Source of the DNA: Takakia lepidozioides | Taxonomy: Eukaryota > Plantae > Bryophyta | Assembly (NCBI GenBank): GCA_030704615.1 | Contig: CM060731.1 | Span: 77,376,001 to 77,440,000 of the forward strand | Reading direction: 5' to 3' | Length of the DNA: 64,000 nt | Part shown: in pieces, positions 12,088 to 25,740 of the stretch | Layout of the letters: each line of letters opens with the position of its first letter | How positions within the stretch are numbered: the stretch's first letter is position 1 | Made by a program: the position numbers and the translations under genes | The notes under the pieces: generated by a model | Database searches by the model: none | The model's input: the letters and a program-made list of their open reading frames with translations, nothing else | Told to the model about the DNA's origin: nothing

Positions 12088-14940
12088 ATTTTACAGTAAC
12101 AATGGCAGATCAAAGAAGTGTACAGCCATTGGGATTAATTAGAGGAGTTAAGATACAGATACAGAAGATGGTCTTTATGATCACAGTAACTGTGTTGAAG
12201 ATGGATGAAGTCATGGAGGCTTACTCCTTATTATTGGGATGTCCGTGGCTGAAACAGGCCAGGGTATTCCATGACTGGAATTCTCAGTTACTAACCGTGC
12301 ATAATGGGATACACGAGATACAAATTACCACAAAGAAATCTAGTAGATTACCTGCTACGAGAAGACCTCGAGGAGTCAGAGAGTATGACTGGAGATGAGG
12401 ACTGGATGAGGAGCAGGAAGCTACCCTGTTTGCTGCACACCCAAAGTGGGAGCAGGTTGCAGAGATGCGGCTGGAAGGCCTAAGTTGTTTAAGGGGTATC
12501 TGCTGTGGTGTAGTATCAACAACACCGATTGATGAGGAAACCAGCAGTTACCCATCACATTTCTATGAAGAAAAAGAAGGAGAAATGGAAATCCTAGAGG
12601 AACCAGCCACTGTGAGTTTACAGGATGAAGTGGTGACTGGTTGTACAATCACAGCTGATGAGCAAGTAAGGGAAGTGAATGTGGGAACTAAAGAGGAACC
12701 GAGGATGGTGAAGGTGTTCTTGGATGATTTTAGTGTGTACAGCTCTAAGAATGAGCACTTGCATAAATTGGAGTTATGTCTGGCCAGATGCAGGATAAGA
12801 GGTCTGGGTCTGAATCCAGAGAAGTGTACTTTCTGTGTGAACTCAGGGGTGCTTCTGGGACACATTGTGTGTAAGAGGGGACTTCTTGTGGATCCCAGGA
12901 AAACAGAGGCCATTAAAGCCTCTCCACCACCAGTGAATGTTAAGAGTCTAAGGAGATTCCTGGGACAAACCAGCTATTACAGAAAATTTGTCAGACGGTA
13001 TGCACAGATAGCAGCACCATTGAGCAAACTTCTGAAAAAAGTGTTTGCATGGACACCTGAATGTCAACAGGCTTTTGAGGAACTTACATTGTCAGTAACA
13101 ACTACACCTGTGCTGATTAGTCCTCACTGGCAGAAAATATTTCATGTTCACTGTGATGCTTCTGGAGAAGCACTAGGAGCGGTGTTAGCCCAAAATGTAA
13201 CAGGAAGGATAGATTCACCTGTGTACTATGCTAGCTGGTTGATGAACAATGTCGAAAGAAATTATAGCACAACGGAAAGAGAAGCATTGGCAATGATCTA
13301 TGCAGTGAAGAAATTCAGGCATTACCTGTTGGGCAAGAAGTTTATGTTCTTTGTGGATCACCAGGCTCTGATATACCTGGTAAACAAACCTCTGATAAGC
13401 GGAAGAATAGCAAGATGGTTAATAATCTTGCACGAGTTTGAGTTCGAGGTTGTTTACAAGCCTGGGAGACTGCATCTTGTGGCGGATCCCTTGTCAAGGT
13501 TATCAACAGGAGAACCAGCCACGGGAGTAGATGATCAATTACCAGATGCGAGTCTATTTACAGTGGAGGTGCAAGGAAGTGCAGATGACTGATTAGATTG
13601 GCAGTGGCGAATCAGATACTACCTTGCTCATGGTCAGTGCCCACCAAGTTATGGAAAGGAGCAGAGAAAGAGAATTGCTATCAAGGCTCTACCTTGCAGT
13701 GCTGAAATGATGCTTATACCACCATGAAGTTAATAAAGTTTTGGAGGAAGTTCATAAAGGAGTGGCAGGAGGTCATTTTGGAGAAGAGACTACCAACAGG
13801 AAAATACTACATAAGAAGGGAAAGATTAAAGCTTCTAAGCTTAAATCACCATGGAAAGGACCTTATGTCCTACAAAAGATGTATGATAACAACACCGACA
13901 TGTTACAAACCATTAACAAAGAGATGCTGGGAAGAGTCAATGCTAATAAGTTGAAGGGGTACAGTGATATCCATGACAAACCATTGCAGCATGATTTGCA
14001 TGTTGAAACGCAAAAGCAGTCACGGGCTGCGCCAGTGTTACCAACGGAGTATGGAGCACTTGTCGCTAGGCCGAGCATATATGACCAGGGTGGACAGAAC
14101 AGGCGCGACACAGCCTATCACAGCCCATCACGACGTGACACAGCCTATCACAGCCTATCACGACGTAACACAGCATATCACAGCCCAACACGGCGCAACA
14201 CAGCCTATCATGACCTACCACAGCATGTCACAGCCTATCACAGCTTACCACAGTGTATCACAGCCTATCACGGCATACCACAGTATGACACAGCCTATCA
14301 CAGCTTAACACAGCCTACTAAGGTTACACAATCCATAGAATCAGTGACAGGTGGACGCAAGATAACTTCAGTAAAATGGCCGGCGGAAGAAAGGACGGAA
14401 GCCAGTTTACAAAGGGACACGTGGAAGTCAAGGCGCAACATACAGCTGAGAAGGAAGTGCAAGAACGGATGTCATCAAGAAGGGGGACAAGAATGGCCGT
14501 CAAAATACCTAATCAGTGCGTCAAATTGGATGAATGGCGGGCCCATTAATGAATACAGAAAAGGGGCAACAGAACAAACGGCAAGTACAGAAAAGCGAAA
14601 TTCTTGTCACATGTGTTATCCTAGTGGACAGTCCAGCAGGGAAAGTCCACTAAAGAAAATTAAATCTAAAATCCAGTCACAGCGGTTACAGCCAATAGAA
14701 AGCCAGAGAAGGGATCAAGAAATTGGAGGGAAATTAAGCGCAAGAGTCGGCGTCGTTCTGAGTAACGGGCGTCTCGACGGGACAAACCATCAATGCTATA
14801 GCTTTGAAGCTATGGAGGAACTAACAGACTATACGCTCGCATATTACTTACGCAGTGGCATAGGGACGAAACAACAGAGCGGATCTTTTCTCTTGAGCGA
14901 TGCTTGCAAGCCCCGCAGGCTTACAAGAAATTACCCATAG
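12088..14940 (+). pseudogene. pol: Second family A pol copy with internal deletions (most of RT and the integrase core missing)
   Basis: High identity to the reverse complement of ~4185-6535. Jumps at 12713/12714, ~13696 and ~13810. KLKSPWKGPY integrase tail retained. Confidence 0.88.
14100..14315 (+). repeat. 30-bp tandem repeat, about 7 units, in frame in the pol tail (RRDTAYHSxx)
   Basis: Units of ...CACAGCCTATCACAGC... read directly. Confidence 0.85.
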
Positions 14941-15026
14941 CTTTTTGTGGCAACCATACGTTTATGCTTTGTGCACTACAGGCATTTCTTCAATTGTGAC
15001 AGCCAAAACATTTCTGTGGGTCTAGA

Positions 15027-16460
15027 ATGAAGAGAGTGAGAGGAATGGAGGAAATCAGGGTGAAGAGCTCCACAATTCTGCAGAAACAAACAATTGCTAC
15101 CCCACAGGCGATACAGATACTGAAGGAGCTAAGATTGCAAGGATTTCAAAGCAAAGATTGGACATTGCACCATAGACAGTACATGTTACAATTCTTGCAG
15201 AACTTTGAGCCAAGGACAGGAGCAACAATGGTGAAGGGAGTTGAATTAGTAATTACTCCCCTATACCTACAACAATTGTTTCGATTGCCAGCAGGCCAGG
15301 TGCATGTGGAGGAGCACAGGGCAAGACTGCAAATAGGGGACTTATTCCAAGAAGGGAGTTTCTTTAAAACTCAGGGTTATGCTTGTACCAAGGCCGTGTA
15401 CCCAGGGCTAAAGGAGGTAGGCCAGGTATTGAACGTTTTGTTTGCCATGAAACAGAACCAACAGTATTTGAGCATATCCTTCACAGAGGAAATACTCAAA
15501 GCCCTGAGAGGAGAAGAGGTAGAATGGGCGGACATAATGTACAACGCACTAGTAGAGGAGATGAAAAGATTACAGGGTACTGCTGCAAAGTCTCCTATCA
15601 TAGTGTCTGGCCCAATCATTGCTCAAATAATTCTTGATTCTGGCATACTTGATGCGCGAGAAAGAAAGGAGATGAGAGTGTTTGAGCCAGAAACCACTGC
15701 AATGGAAGACCAAGGCTCTTCACACAGTGAGGGTGGACTGGCAGGGCAACCCGAGAATAAGAGACAGAGGCGGGGAAAGACTGTAGTGGCGGATCCACTG
15801 GCTTCACGGAATCCGCATGATAATGTTTCCCAAGTTTTTGTACAGGAAGAGGCACAGCAGCACAGAGAACTGCTATTACTGGAAGCAGGACCTTCAGAGA
15901 GGGAAGAGGAAGTTACTTCAGTATCACAGCCATCACAGCCAGAGGATCGGCTTGTCACAAGGTTACCACAAGTTGTCCATGCAGTTCAACCAGAAATAAT
16001 TGATTTAGAAAAAGAAGGGTTAGATATTCCCACTACAGAACAGGTGGTGGCAGAAATTGAGAAGGGGGACCTTCTCTATGAATATTCTGGTATGGTCAAG
16101 GACACAGTGATTCCGGAGGTGCAACGGTTGTCCAAGGAAAACCCTGCGCCGCATATAATACACACACCTGTGACGGAGGTGCCACAGGTAGAATGCCAAG
16201 ACACTGCAGCACCAGTGACGGATGAAGTGGTTCAGGAAGAAAATCTGGTGGGCCAATGGCCTGAATGGTTCGTAAGGCATCACACTGTTGAGGATCAGGG
16301 AGAACAGCAGCAAGGTCACCATGATGACCCTCAACAGGCTATGCTTATGAGTTCCATAAGCAGGACACTGAATTTGTTGGGTACTTATGTCAAATCCCAT
16401 GTTCCCACTACTCAATTGGCAGCTTTGAGGGAGGAACTCAGGAAAGAGTTTGAGGCTTGA
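15027..16460 (+). CDS. Family A additional 3' ORF (Athila/Tat-type accessory ORF, putative plant transposon protein-like domain)
   Basis: 477 aa between pol and the LTR. VKGVELVITP..LQQLFRLP and VEWADIMY..GPIIAQII resemble such accessory ORFs. Coiled-coil-like tail continues past stops. Confidence 0.6.
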   Translation: MKRVRGMEEIRVKSSTILQKQTIATPQAIQILKELRLQGFQSKDWTLHHRQYMLQFLQNFEPRTGATMVKGVELVITPLYLQQLFRLPAGQVHVEEHRARLQIGDLFQEGSFFKTQGYACTKAVYPGLKEVGQVLNVLFAMKQNQQYLSISFTEEILKALRGEEVEWADIMYNALVEEMKRLQGTAAKSPIIVSGPIIAQIILDSGILDARERKEMRVFEPETTAMEDQGSSHSEGGLAGQPENKRQRRGKTVVADPLASRNPHDNVSQVFVQEEAQQHRELLLLEAGPSEREEEVTSVSQPSQPEDRLVTRLPQVVHAVQPEIIDLEKEGLDIPTTEQVVAEIEKGDLLYEYSGMVKDTVIPEVQRLSKENPAPHIIHTPVTEVPQVECQDTAAPVTDEVVQEENLVGQWPEWFVRHHTVEDQGEQQQGHHDDPQQAMLMSSISRTLNLLGTYVKSHVPTTQLAALREELRKEFEA

Positions 16461-16591
16461 CTTGCCACAGAGTGTGCAAACAAGGTCGATGAAGAGGTCA
16501 CTCTCAAAATGCAGTAAGACTTGGAGAGTACAGAAGCGGCTTTGCAATTGGCCAAAGAACAATTGATTGAGGCAGGCCTCGCACAAGACCA

Positions 16592-17611
16592 TGTTAGAGG
16601 ACTGTCTGGGACTTAGACACTTATATGGAATCTGTGGGGTACCCTTAATTTTTGCACAGAATGAGACCAACAGGAGCCTTAGGGGTGACAGCAGCGCACT
16701 TTAGGGGGGGGGGGGGGGGTTACATAGCCCGTCACAGCCAACACAGCCAACACAGCCAGACACAGTCAACACAGCTCGTCACAGCCCGACACAGCCCATC
16801 ACAGCCAACACAGCCCGTCACAGCCGACACAGCCACACAGCCAGTCACAACCCAACACAGCCGGTCACAGCCGGTCACAGTTTCACACAGCTAATCACAG
16901 CTTCACACAGCTGTCACGACCGTAGGGAACGGATAGCAGGACAGGGAACGACTGTGGGGAACAACACCTGCGAATGGAACATGTTAGTTCACGGACGACG
17001 ATTAGTGAGGAAAACGGTTAGAACAACGGGTAGGAAGATAAAGCGAGGAGCAAGGACTGAAAAATGGGATGATTTTTGGGAGCACTTCGGGGGGGAATCA
17101 CTGCTGGAAGGAGAGGAAGGAGCACTTCTGGGGGAGACTTCGGACATCACTGGGGGAAATGAGGAGAGAGCATATCTCTGAGCAGAAAGATGGAGAGCAC
17201 GGAGTAGGAGGAGGATCTGTTGATGCTTAATGAATGCAGGCAGTAGAATTGTAATGTAGAGCAGATTCGAGACTCCATGGCTTCAGCCTGATACTTGATA
17301 GATATTAATCTGATACACACTTCATACTCACACTGTGTAGAGAGATCTGAGTGAAGCTGTGGAATGAATGGATGAGTTGATGGAATCCGATAAATTGATG
17401 AAGCAAACTGATACTTAATTACCAGCAGTAAGGTAACTAGCTAACATGAATGTGAGAAGGAAAACAAATAGGAAACACCCCCATGATACACTAGCTGTAG
17501 GTCATGACTGATTGTTCTGAGCGGGCTGAGTACTTAGAGATTTCCAACTCTTCTATCTTGGAGTTTCCGCCTCGGATAGCGAAGGGATGGGTGAGTAAAA
17601 GCCGCGCGACA
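16592..17611 (+). repeat. 3' LTR of gypsy family A
   Basis: TG...CA, homologous to 198-1333 but diverged in the middle. No clear PPT in front of it. Confidence 0.8.
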
Positions 17612-18269
17612 ACTTGACAACAGGCCCCCGAGTGGTCAAGTTGGGAGGAGTCTTCACGGTGTTCAGTGACTTCACAACAGGGCCTCGAGCGGCCTTCACA
17701 ACACCATCCCGTGGGATTGAGTTACTCTTATCATGGTGGCTCAGATCGTTGTCTTCATTCGTATCCAAGGGCTTGTGCACGACAACTCTCTTTGATGAGG
17801 GGGTACTTTCACTTGGGCACTTGTCCATATCCTTGTCAATTGATACCTTAGAATCCGCCCTAGTGGTGGGCTTCTTTGCATACTCTGCACTCAATGCCTT
17901 GCGAGATCTCTTTCGTTCTTGTTTACGTTTCCCTGTTGCCTGAACATGTGGACTGACAAGGGCTACAGCTGGGGGGTTCAACACTGGTCCAAGAACAGGA
18001 GGGGTTGTTGCTAAGGCATGAGGTACATATACTACCATAGGTAATGGAGAACCACCATCCAATTGAGCTGGAATTGCGGGAATGGATATTGGTGGAGCAA
18101 CAAGGGAGGTAGCAACTGGTGGAGTGACATGAAATATAGGATCTGAAACTTGTGAGGGGCCTCCACCTATGGTACTGTGCAACACAACTGTATCAGAATC
18201 AAACTGGGAGTCGGCCCCAGCATCAGTTTCAAATCCCTGTGACCCAATTCTGAGTCTGATGAGAGGGTT

Positions 18270-18560
18270 GCCACATGTCCAGTATTTTGGGCACCATCTC
18301 TTTCAACCTTCAACATCCACAATAAGGAGGAACAACAGTGGATGTCCACAACATCTTCATGTGTACTTTGTAGCGTATGCCAACATGTCCAGTCAGTATT
18401 TTGGGGCACCATTACTCTTCAACCTTCACTGCCAACATGTCCAGTCAGTATTTTGGGGCACCATTACTCTTCAACCTTCACATGCCAAATAAGGAGGAAC
18501 AACAGTGGATGGGATGATCAAGTCCGAAACATCTTCATGTGCTCTTTGTAGCGTATGTGT
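18270..18560. repeat. Local tandem duplications (43-bp unit plus a longer duplicated block)
   Basis: CATGTCCAGTCAGTATTTTGGGGCACCATTACTCTTCAACCTTCA is repeated; AATAAGGAGGAACAACAGTGGATG occurs twice. Confidence 0.75.
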
Positions 18561-19544
18561 CGGACAATCTCTGGAACAAATGCAGGCCTGCAGTGGCGAT
18601 CCAGGAAATCTTGTTTGGTGGACAAATGAGAACTAGGAATGAGGAAAAACCTTCTTTGACATAACCCTTCCTGAAGCTGAAACCGCTTGCCTGATGGTAT
18701 AAGGCTGGTGTGTGTGACATGTCAAACCTCAGGGTTCAACGGATCACCAACAATTGGTGCAACGATCCCCGGCCGCGACAGCCCAAAGTGACATTTGAAG
18801 AGTGACGAGCTTGGAGTTCGAGGAAGTTTTGGTTCACAGCACTACCACATGTCCACTTTGGCCTCCACTGTAGTTGGTGGTGGCCTGAGATGGAGGTCCT
18901 GGTCTTCGTTTGTTGGCATCAATGAATCCATCATCTGCTATCACACCTACACCATTACAAACTGGTTTGAGAAGGCTGAATTATCACTTGGTGCCTATGT
19001 CTACCAATAAACATTAACTGTAATTTGAGTCCGACAAGTCATTGTAGTCCTTACCATTGGCCAAAGTCCCAACAGGTTGGACTACAATAATGATGTGGGG
19101 AGTGCACAGTCCATGATAATGGACTTTTTGTCCCCCATATAGACTTCCAAGTTCTATGCAGCTGATGGTGGGACTACAAGCAAGATTCAACTCCCTAATT
19201 AGGACTCACTCCATCTGGGCCATAACTCAGATTCCAAGTTGAGAAGCAAGCTCCTCAATAAGGACTCGCATTCCACATCCATTATTTGTAGTTGGACTCA
19301 CACTCCACATGATTAAGCACATGACTGACCCTCCACAGGACTCTGATTCCAACTGGAAATCAGTGGAAATCATTAAGGACTCATACTCCCAGTAATTAGT
19401 CAGCAAGTGGACTCACACTCCCCATGACTAAACACATCGACTCATACTCCACATGAGTCAGCACTTGGACTCACACGCACATGACTGAAGACTCAGAATT
19501 CTAGTTAAGAATGACACTCCTCAATAAGGACTCCCAGTAAGGAT

Positions 19545-21254
19545 TCACTCCACTAAAAGGACAAATAATACATTTGCAGTCCCACATTCAGACTCATAGT
19601 CAGTTGAAGGGGTTGGAGGTCCAATCTTGGGACTACAGTCCTGAGGATTGGACATGAAGAGGTACAGCCTTGGACCACACAAGTTTCTGAGAAGAAAACA
19701 GGGAAATGTGCAATCAATCTTACCTGGAACTTGGGTGTTTCTAACCCTGGCTTTGTGAAGTTGCTTTGACATCCACCTTTGGCGCAGCTCAACCACTCTC
19801 AGCTTTTCCGCAAGTGCCTGCACCTCTGGTCAAGAATCCTAAACCCAAAACTAGAACACCAATCATGATGCATGATCTCTGAACAGCTGAAGTCCCTACA
19901 CCTGTTGACGTCTTCATATGGGATGCCATACAAGCAGGATGGTAGTTGTGCTTACAAGATGCCACCACCATGTCCCAACAGTGGAACCCTTTGTAGCAAA
20001 CAGGGCAAGGAGAGACCTTCAAGAAATCCTTGATGGACGTACTATCTTTGATCACTTGGGATGACATATTGCATAGGATAGATGCGAGTCTTTGTCCCCA
20101 TTTGTCAAGGCCTCAATCTGATCTTGGATAAGACTCCTCTCTGTGTCAGCAACATCGACCACATTCTCTGCCACTCAATGTCCCTTTCTTCCTGGTCCCC
20201 TGCATCACACAAAGCATTGAACTCTTTTTCGGTCTTATCAGCATTGAGCCAAATTCTGCTTCAATTGATTTCTTCTGGTCAGTTCCCTTTGCATCTCAGA
20301 CTGTCTTCCCTTTCCACAATTCGTAACCCAACACTCTCTTCCCCTTTTTGCATTAAGGTCTCTTCCCGGCTCGGATTGTGGCACCCTCGGGGGTGAGTTT
20401 GGCCTCTAGGTCTACAATCTGTTCCGACACTCTGCAAGACACCATTGTCTGTCTTCCATTTGCACCCGAACAGTCCGCATCTTCTCCATCAAGTCCAACT
20501 TCCCTTTCTTTAACCTCTCCAACTCTTCCTTTGCCCACACATCTCCTCATACTTCAAATCATGTAGTTCCTGAAGACTCGCTAGGGCAGTTGCCACATAC
20601 TCTTGCTCATGTTTTTTCCTTTCCATCTCTTGCAATCACTTGCTCAGGCGTTTGTTTCAGTCCTTCTTTGCCTCTACCTGGGGTTTTGCGTAGCCTGTCT
20701 TTCAATCATCACAACTCCTAGCTTGGCTTACTGTCTGTGCTGCCAGGGTCCTTTGCTTCTCGATGCTCCTTCATTCTTTCTGTTGCTTAGCTGTCCATGC
20801 CGCGTATGCTGCCCAATTGAGTTTTTGTCCAGTCCTTTCTCATAGACAATGCCCTTGCCATCAAGTTTGCAATGATACCACCGGTTGGCTTACAATCATA
20901 CCCATGAACCTTACTCCACAGGTCCTCGATTTTGGGACTCATACTTGTCAGTACAACCCATGTAAAAGAGCCATTCTTGTTCGCAGGTTGTCCAAAACAA
21001 CTTTGCACATTGTTCTTTGGTGATGTCTTTGTCTAAGAGAAGTTGTTTGGGATTCTTGCCTGTCGCATTCAGCTTGAGGACATCCCTGAAGTAATCTGCT
21101 GATTTGTGCCCCCCTCTTTCGCCCATAGTATCTTCAGATGCTGCATTGGAACTCTTCCCATTCGTAGGTGAATTCTATAACTTACTCCCCGACTGCACCA
21201 TTGTTTTGAACCGCTTCTTGAGTGCCCTACATACTCCCAGCCCCACATTCCCAT
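19545..21254 (-). pseudogene. Disrupted ORF with a C-terminal RING-type zinc finger, probably TE-associated
   Basis: CPVCYKGFHCWDMVVASCKHNYHPAC at ~19930-20010. Upstream frameshifted fragments on the same strand. Confidence 0.5.
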
Positions 21255-24200
21255 TAAACTAGTTTTTTACAACTCCAGGTTGGTTATGTACGGAGATAGC
21301 AACATGAGGGGGCAAGGATGGAGCTACAAACCAACACCCTACCGACATTTCCAGCTTCATGAGAACCAACAAACCAACAAAAACAACAAACCAACAAACC
21401 CTAAACCCTACTGATATTTCCAGCTTCATGACAACCATACTACCTAATTCTGACATGAAATTACCTTTTCAATCAGAGGCCAAGTCTGGATCGTCTCTGG
21501 TTAACGCAAGTGCAGCCTTCAAGAAGTGCAAGTGATCCACATAGATGACAAACCTGCTTTCCACACGTTTTCAAATTTTATATTCCCCCACATGGTGAAG
21601 TTTCAGAGAATCAACATTCACATATTGATGATATGCATTGCCATATTCCTCTTCGATCCCAACCAATGATTGACAGAAGGGACAAGTTCCTTCAATCTAG
21701 CGTCATGGTTCAGTTTAGGTAATTAGGTATGCAAGGATGAGCTGGGTTGTCACGTGCTACAACAACAAGAGACTACTCTACCCCTCTACCCCACCTAGGC
21801 TATGAGGTACGCAATAAAAGTGAAAATATGAGTAAGGAACACCAGATTGCACAAAAGCTAAGGGGGTGCCACACCTGTAATGCTTTTGCAAGATGTGGTG
21901 GGAGGTAGCGTGAGGGAGAGCCGCAGGCCACCTGCCATCCCGCAAATCAGCTACACAAACAGCTGAAACTTGTTGAATAGTAGCCCCACAAATGTGACAG
22001 CATATGCAGGCAAGCAGATGGAATCAGAGGATAGTAAAATGTAAATTCTTCAAGGACTAACATGGCAGCAAGAGAAACCAAACATTTTCAACACAGACAC
22101 TCAAAATTCCTTGGCAATCAACAATCACACTGTTGGGCCCTTAATCTGCACACTAGAAAATAGGTTACTGTCCAGGTCTCCAAAAATGGGATCCACTTGC
22201 CCCCCTCACTATAACAAAAAAAAGGGTAGCTCGTTGGAGAGTAGTTTGAAGTCATAACAACAAAGATAAGTGACACAAACTCAGGGGTCTGTTCACTTGT
22301 TTGAATAGACTGGACTTGGTACCCACTACCAGTGTGACAAACTTTACATTCAGCTACCTATGCTACATCTGCTACTCTTCCCCTACCTCGCTGATATCGT
22401 CCCTTTTATAACAACGACCACATTTGGTACAAGCCATATACAAATGCAACTTGACAAAAAAGGGCATGCAGTCTCACTTGAAACTAGCCAGCGACAACAG
22501 TTCACAAGTCTGCATGGTAGGCCAGATTAGGCCACATCCCCTCATCCCTCCCCACGATCATTAAATGCCACAATTGTGTGCTCCCTTCCAGCACATATCT
22601 TGCTGTGGAGTTCTCCTCCAGTTGTAACTGTGATGAACATACACAAAACAGGTCAAACAACTAAACACAAACTTTGGATATTCTCACTCAAATGTTTCCA
22701 CTGCAGACGGATTAATACTAAAGTTACAACGACCATGTTGGCCTACCTTGGAGTAGGTATTGCCTTGTGAGAGAGCAACTCCAACCATGCCTAAAACTTT
22801 AAAATCCATTCAGCTTTCAGTGCTCAAAGAGAGCATGTCAGCGTGCTCTACAATAGCTAATGTGGCTGTTCAAGGCCAGTTTGGCGCACCACCCTTGAGC
22901 TCTCAAAGTCATGAGTTAGTTCAAGGTCAGATGGTGGGCTCAGTGCCTAATACCAGATACCCTAAGATGACAGACTCTATTTCTTGGAAGCAAGACCGTC
23001 CTGTTAAACAGTTTGAAGTCATGGCAGAAAAATGTAGAGGAGATGTTTCAAGTACCTGAAGTTTGGGCAGGAAGAACTGACCCTGCTGGATGAAGCTCAC
23101 TTGGAGGCTGAAGTGTCTAAAGCCACGTCCGAAGCATGAATAATGCTTGAACAAAAATAAGTTAGGAATAAACATCCCTGAACTTGTTTCCAGTTTGTGA
23201 CATGGGTGAACCTTAGGCTGAAAGGCCTACCTATCCTCAGCATTAAACTACAATTTAACCCCAGGGCGGGGGGTCAATTCTTGAACAAATAACACATGCA
23301 GACAGGAAAGGGAGATTGTCAATGCTCGATGTGTGGGCGCGCTGAAGGCAATACCCATTTTCTAAAACAGTGTCCCGGGTATTCTCATCAGAGAGCCACC
23401 CTCTTCAGGACCGTATAGTGCTTGCACCTCTGTTCACTAACTTTCAAAGTATCGATTCTGAGCCTAAGGCCCTGGCCCTGTTGGGGTCTAATTGCTAGGT
23501 AGCTCAGACACAACAGATTGATGCAACCAATTGTTTATATCAAGGTAGCTCCAACTACTGGAGTGAGCCCCTCACAAAGGTAATAGTAAGCAGACTTTTG
23601 TGATCAATCATCGTGCAGGTACCCTCACCGTAATGGTCACATACAAACTGTCATGTATGAATGACTGTGCAGCCTAAATTTTTAGGGTTTTACAACATGA
23701 ATTGCTAGCAGGTAGCTCCAAAAATTAGCTCAACTAGACTCACTAACAAGACGTAAGTATATCCTTCTCTGGGCAGGGAAAAAAATGGAGAAATACCAAC
23801 CCAACAAGGAACACACCATAGAGAATGATAAACAAAACAGGCATCACTGTCAAGATTCAAGAAAGGCAATTAACCACCTGTGTTCAAATGCACAATGCAA
23901 GAAGTATAGAATCAGGCGTGAAAGATCGCAGCGGTGGCTCGTACTTGTAGAGTTCAAGTGGAAAGTTACTAGTCATGATCATCATTTGGATGGCAATCTG
24001 CCATCTCTTTCCAGGCACTACGACAGAAACATTCATGCTTGCAGGAACCTAATTCCAGATATGCCGCACACCAAATCGACTGGCCACGAACTTGAACGAA
24101 ACTTACCAAGGGTAGAGTCAGGCAACAATCAAGTTCTTTTCCAGTGATGGCACACCCGAGCACCCCCGCCCAAGCTCCTCCTCTACTCCTCTACCCTCGT

Positions 24201-25035
24201 GCCTCTGCTGCTATGGCAGCAACACACAATGTTGCACTTTATAAGCTCTGCTCGCATCGCCCGCTTCCTCTGCTACCACCACCCAAGCGCGCCCATAGAA
24301 ACACAAAAATGAAAATGAACTTCACGCATGCGTAGAGTTGATGAAACAATCACAAGCTAAAATCTTACAAAATGGTAAGCAAACTTTTGTGATCAAACAT
24401 TCCCAATCTCTTCCCAATCTCTTCACATTCCCAATCCCAATCAACTCGTACGTCCTGGCTAGCTTCTAGTTGCGTATCGCGCGTCATACATGGCAGCTCG
24501 TCGTCCCCGCACTTCAGTCTAGCCCAACGCGACCAGCCATCTTCCAGCCACCCCCCGATGAAGGCGACCTCCAATCGACGGTAATAACTTGATGTACAAA
24601 AACAATCAACGGCTACAATAAATTCAACTTTTTCCGACTTCGTTCCCGGGTGCTGCGTTTTCTACTTCATATGTCCATTTTTGATGGACTGCAAGTTGCC
24701 GCTTTTGGATGGCCCGTACCATGCTTCTACCCAGAAACCAAAATAGACTGAGGGAAAAGCTCCCAGAGGACAAGGGCTGCCTTGTTTTCTTCAAAGGCAC
24801 TCCACATGAGTCCATTCTGGGTTCATGGGATTATCTACGTTTGTCAAAATTGTATAGGGAAGCGGGGGATGGAGGGGTGTTTTTGTATGCCAATATTTTG
24901 CAGCTATCCCTGGAGGAGAGTAATCGTTGCTGGTGGGCTGTGATGGACACACTGATATGGACGGCTTTGGAGGCATCATCCAAGGACGACCTTCACATGA
25001 TTTCCAAAGGGCTTGTAAATGATTGGGTAACTGAG

Positions 25036-25223
25036 TGTCGTGCGCATACATATCGCTACACAACTACATCGCTGTCCAAAACCACACAACACATGTGCAC
25101 ACCACACACTAGTATACCACTAGTCCACCACTAGTCTAGCCACTAGTCCAACCACTAGGCTACAACTAGTCAGCCACTAGGCTGCCACTATGCTGCCCAC
25201 TATGGCAGTCACTAGTCCACACA
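25036..25223 (-). repeat. Terminal repeat X, outer copy
   Basis: Near-identical to 25553-25740. Reads TGTGTGG...CACGACA on the minus strand. Confidence 0.92.
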
Positions 25224-25224
25224 A

Positions 25225-25740
25225 TGATAAAGAAGAAGAATACAAGCACAAGCTCATGCGAGCTCACAAAGCTGAAGCATAAACTCATGCATATATAACC
25301 TCATCACTCAAATACAAGTCAAGCCAAGTGCACCCCACGCCATGGGGAATCCACACTACGGCGACATAGCTAGGCGCGGTGAGGCTCAACTCAAGAAAGA
25401 TGAGCCTCCCGCGCTTGCCGTGAAGATAAACACTCCAGGGCCTAAATCTGCCTTGACCCCTGGATTGACACTTGGGCCAATCCCAAATGTCAATATGTAA
25501 AAGCTAGCTATTCCTAGCTAGTTTCACACTAGTGGTAAAATAACTTGACAGCTGTCGTGCGCATACATATCGCTACACAACTACATCGCTGTCCAAAACC
25601 ACACAACACATGTGCACACCACACACTAGTATACCACTAGTCCACCACTAGTCCAACCACTAGTCCAACCACTAGGCTACAACTAGTCAGTCACTAGGCT
25701 GCCACTATGCTGCCCACTATGGCAGTCACTAGTCCACACA
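25225..25740 (-). repeat. Inferred complete family B LTR: X (25740-25553) + GC + Y (25550-25225)
   Basis: Starts TG right after the PPT and ends TTATCA. Y matches 50014-50334 and X matches 61288-61486. Confidence 0.75.

Noticed and set aside
198-17611. One intact family A element bounded by the two LTRs
   Set aside because: No TSD (GCAAC vs ACTTG), the LTRs are clearly diverged, two separate pol copies lie between them, and a gap intervenes.
21500-25030. Possible multi-exon host gene
   Set aside because: Some splice-like signals, but I could not assemble a recognisable protein.
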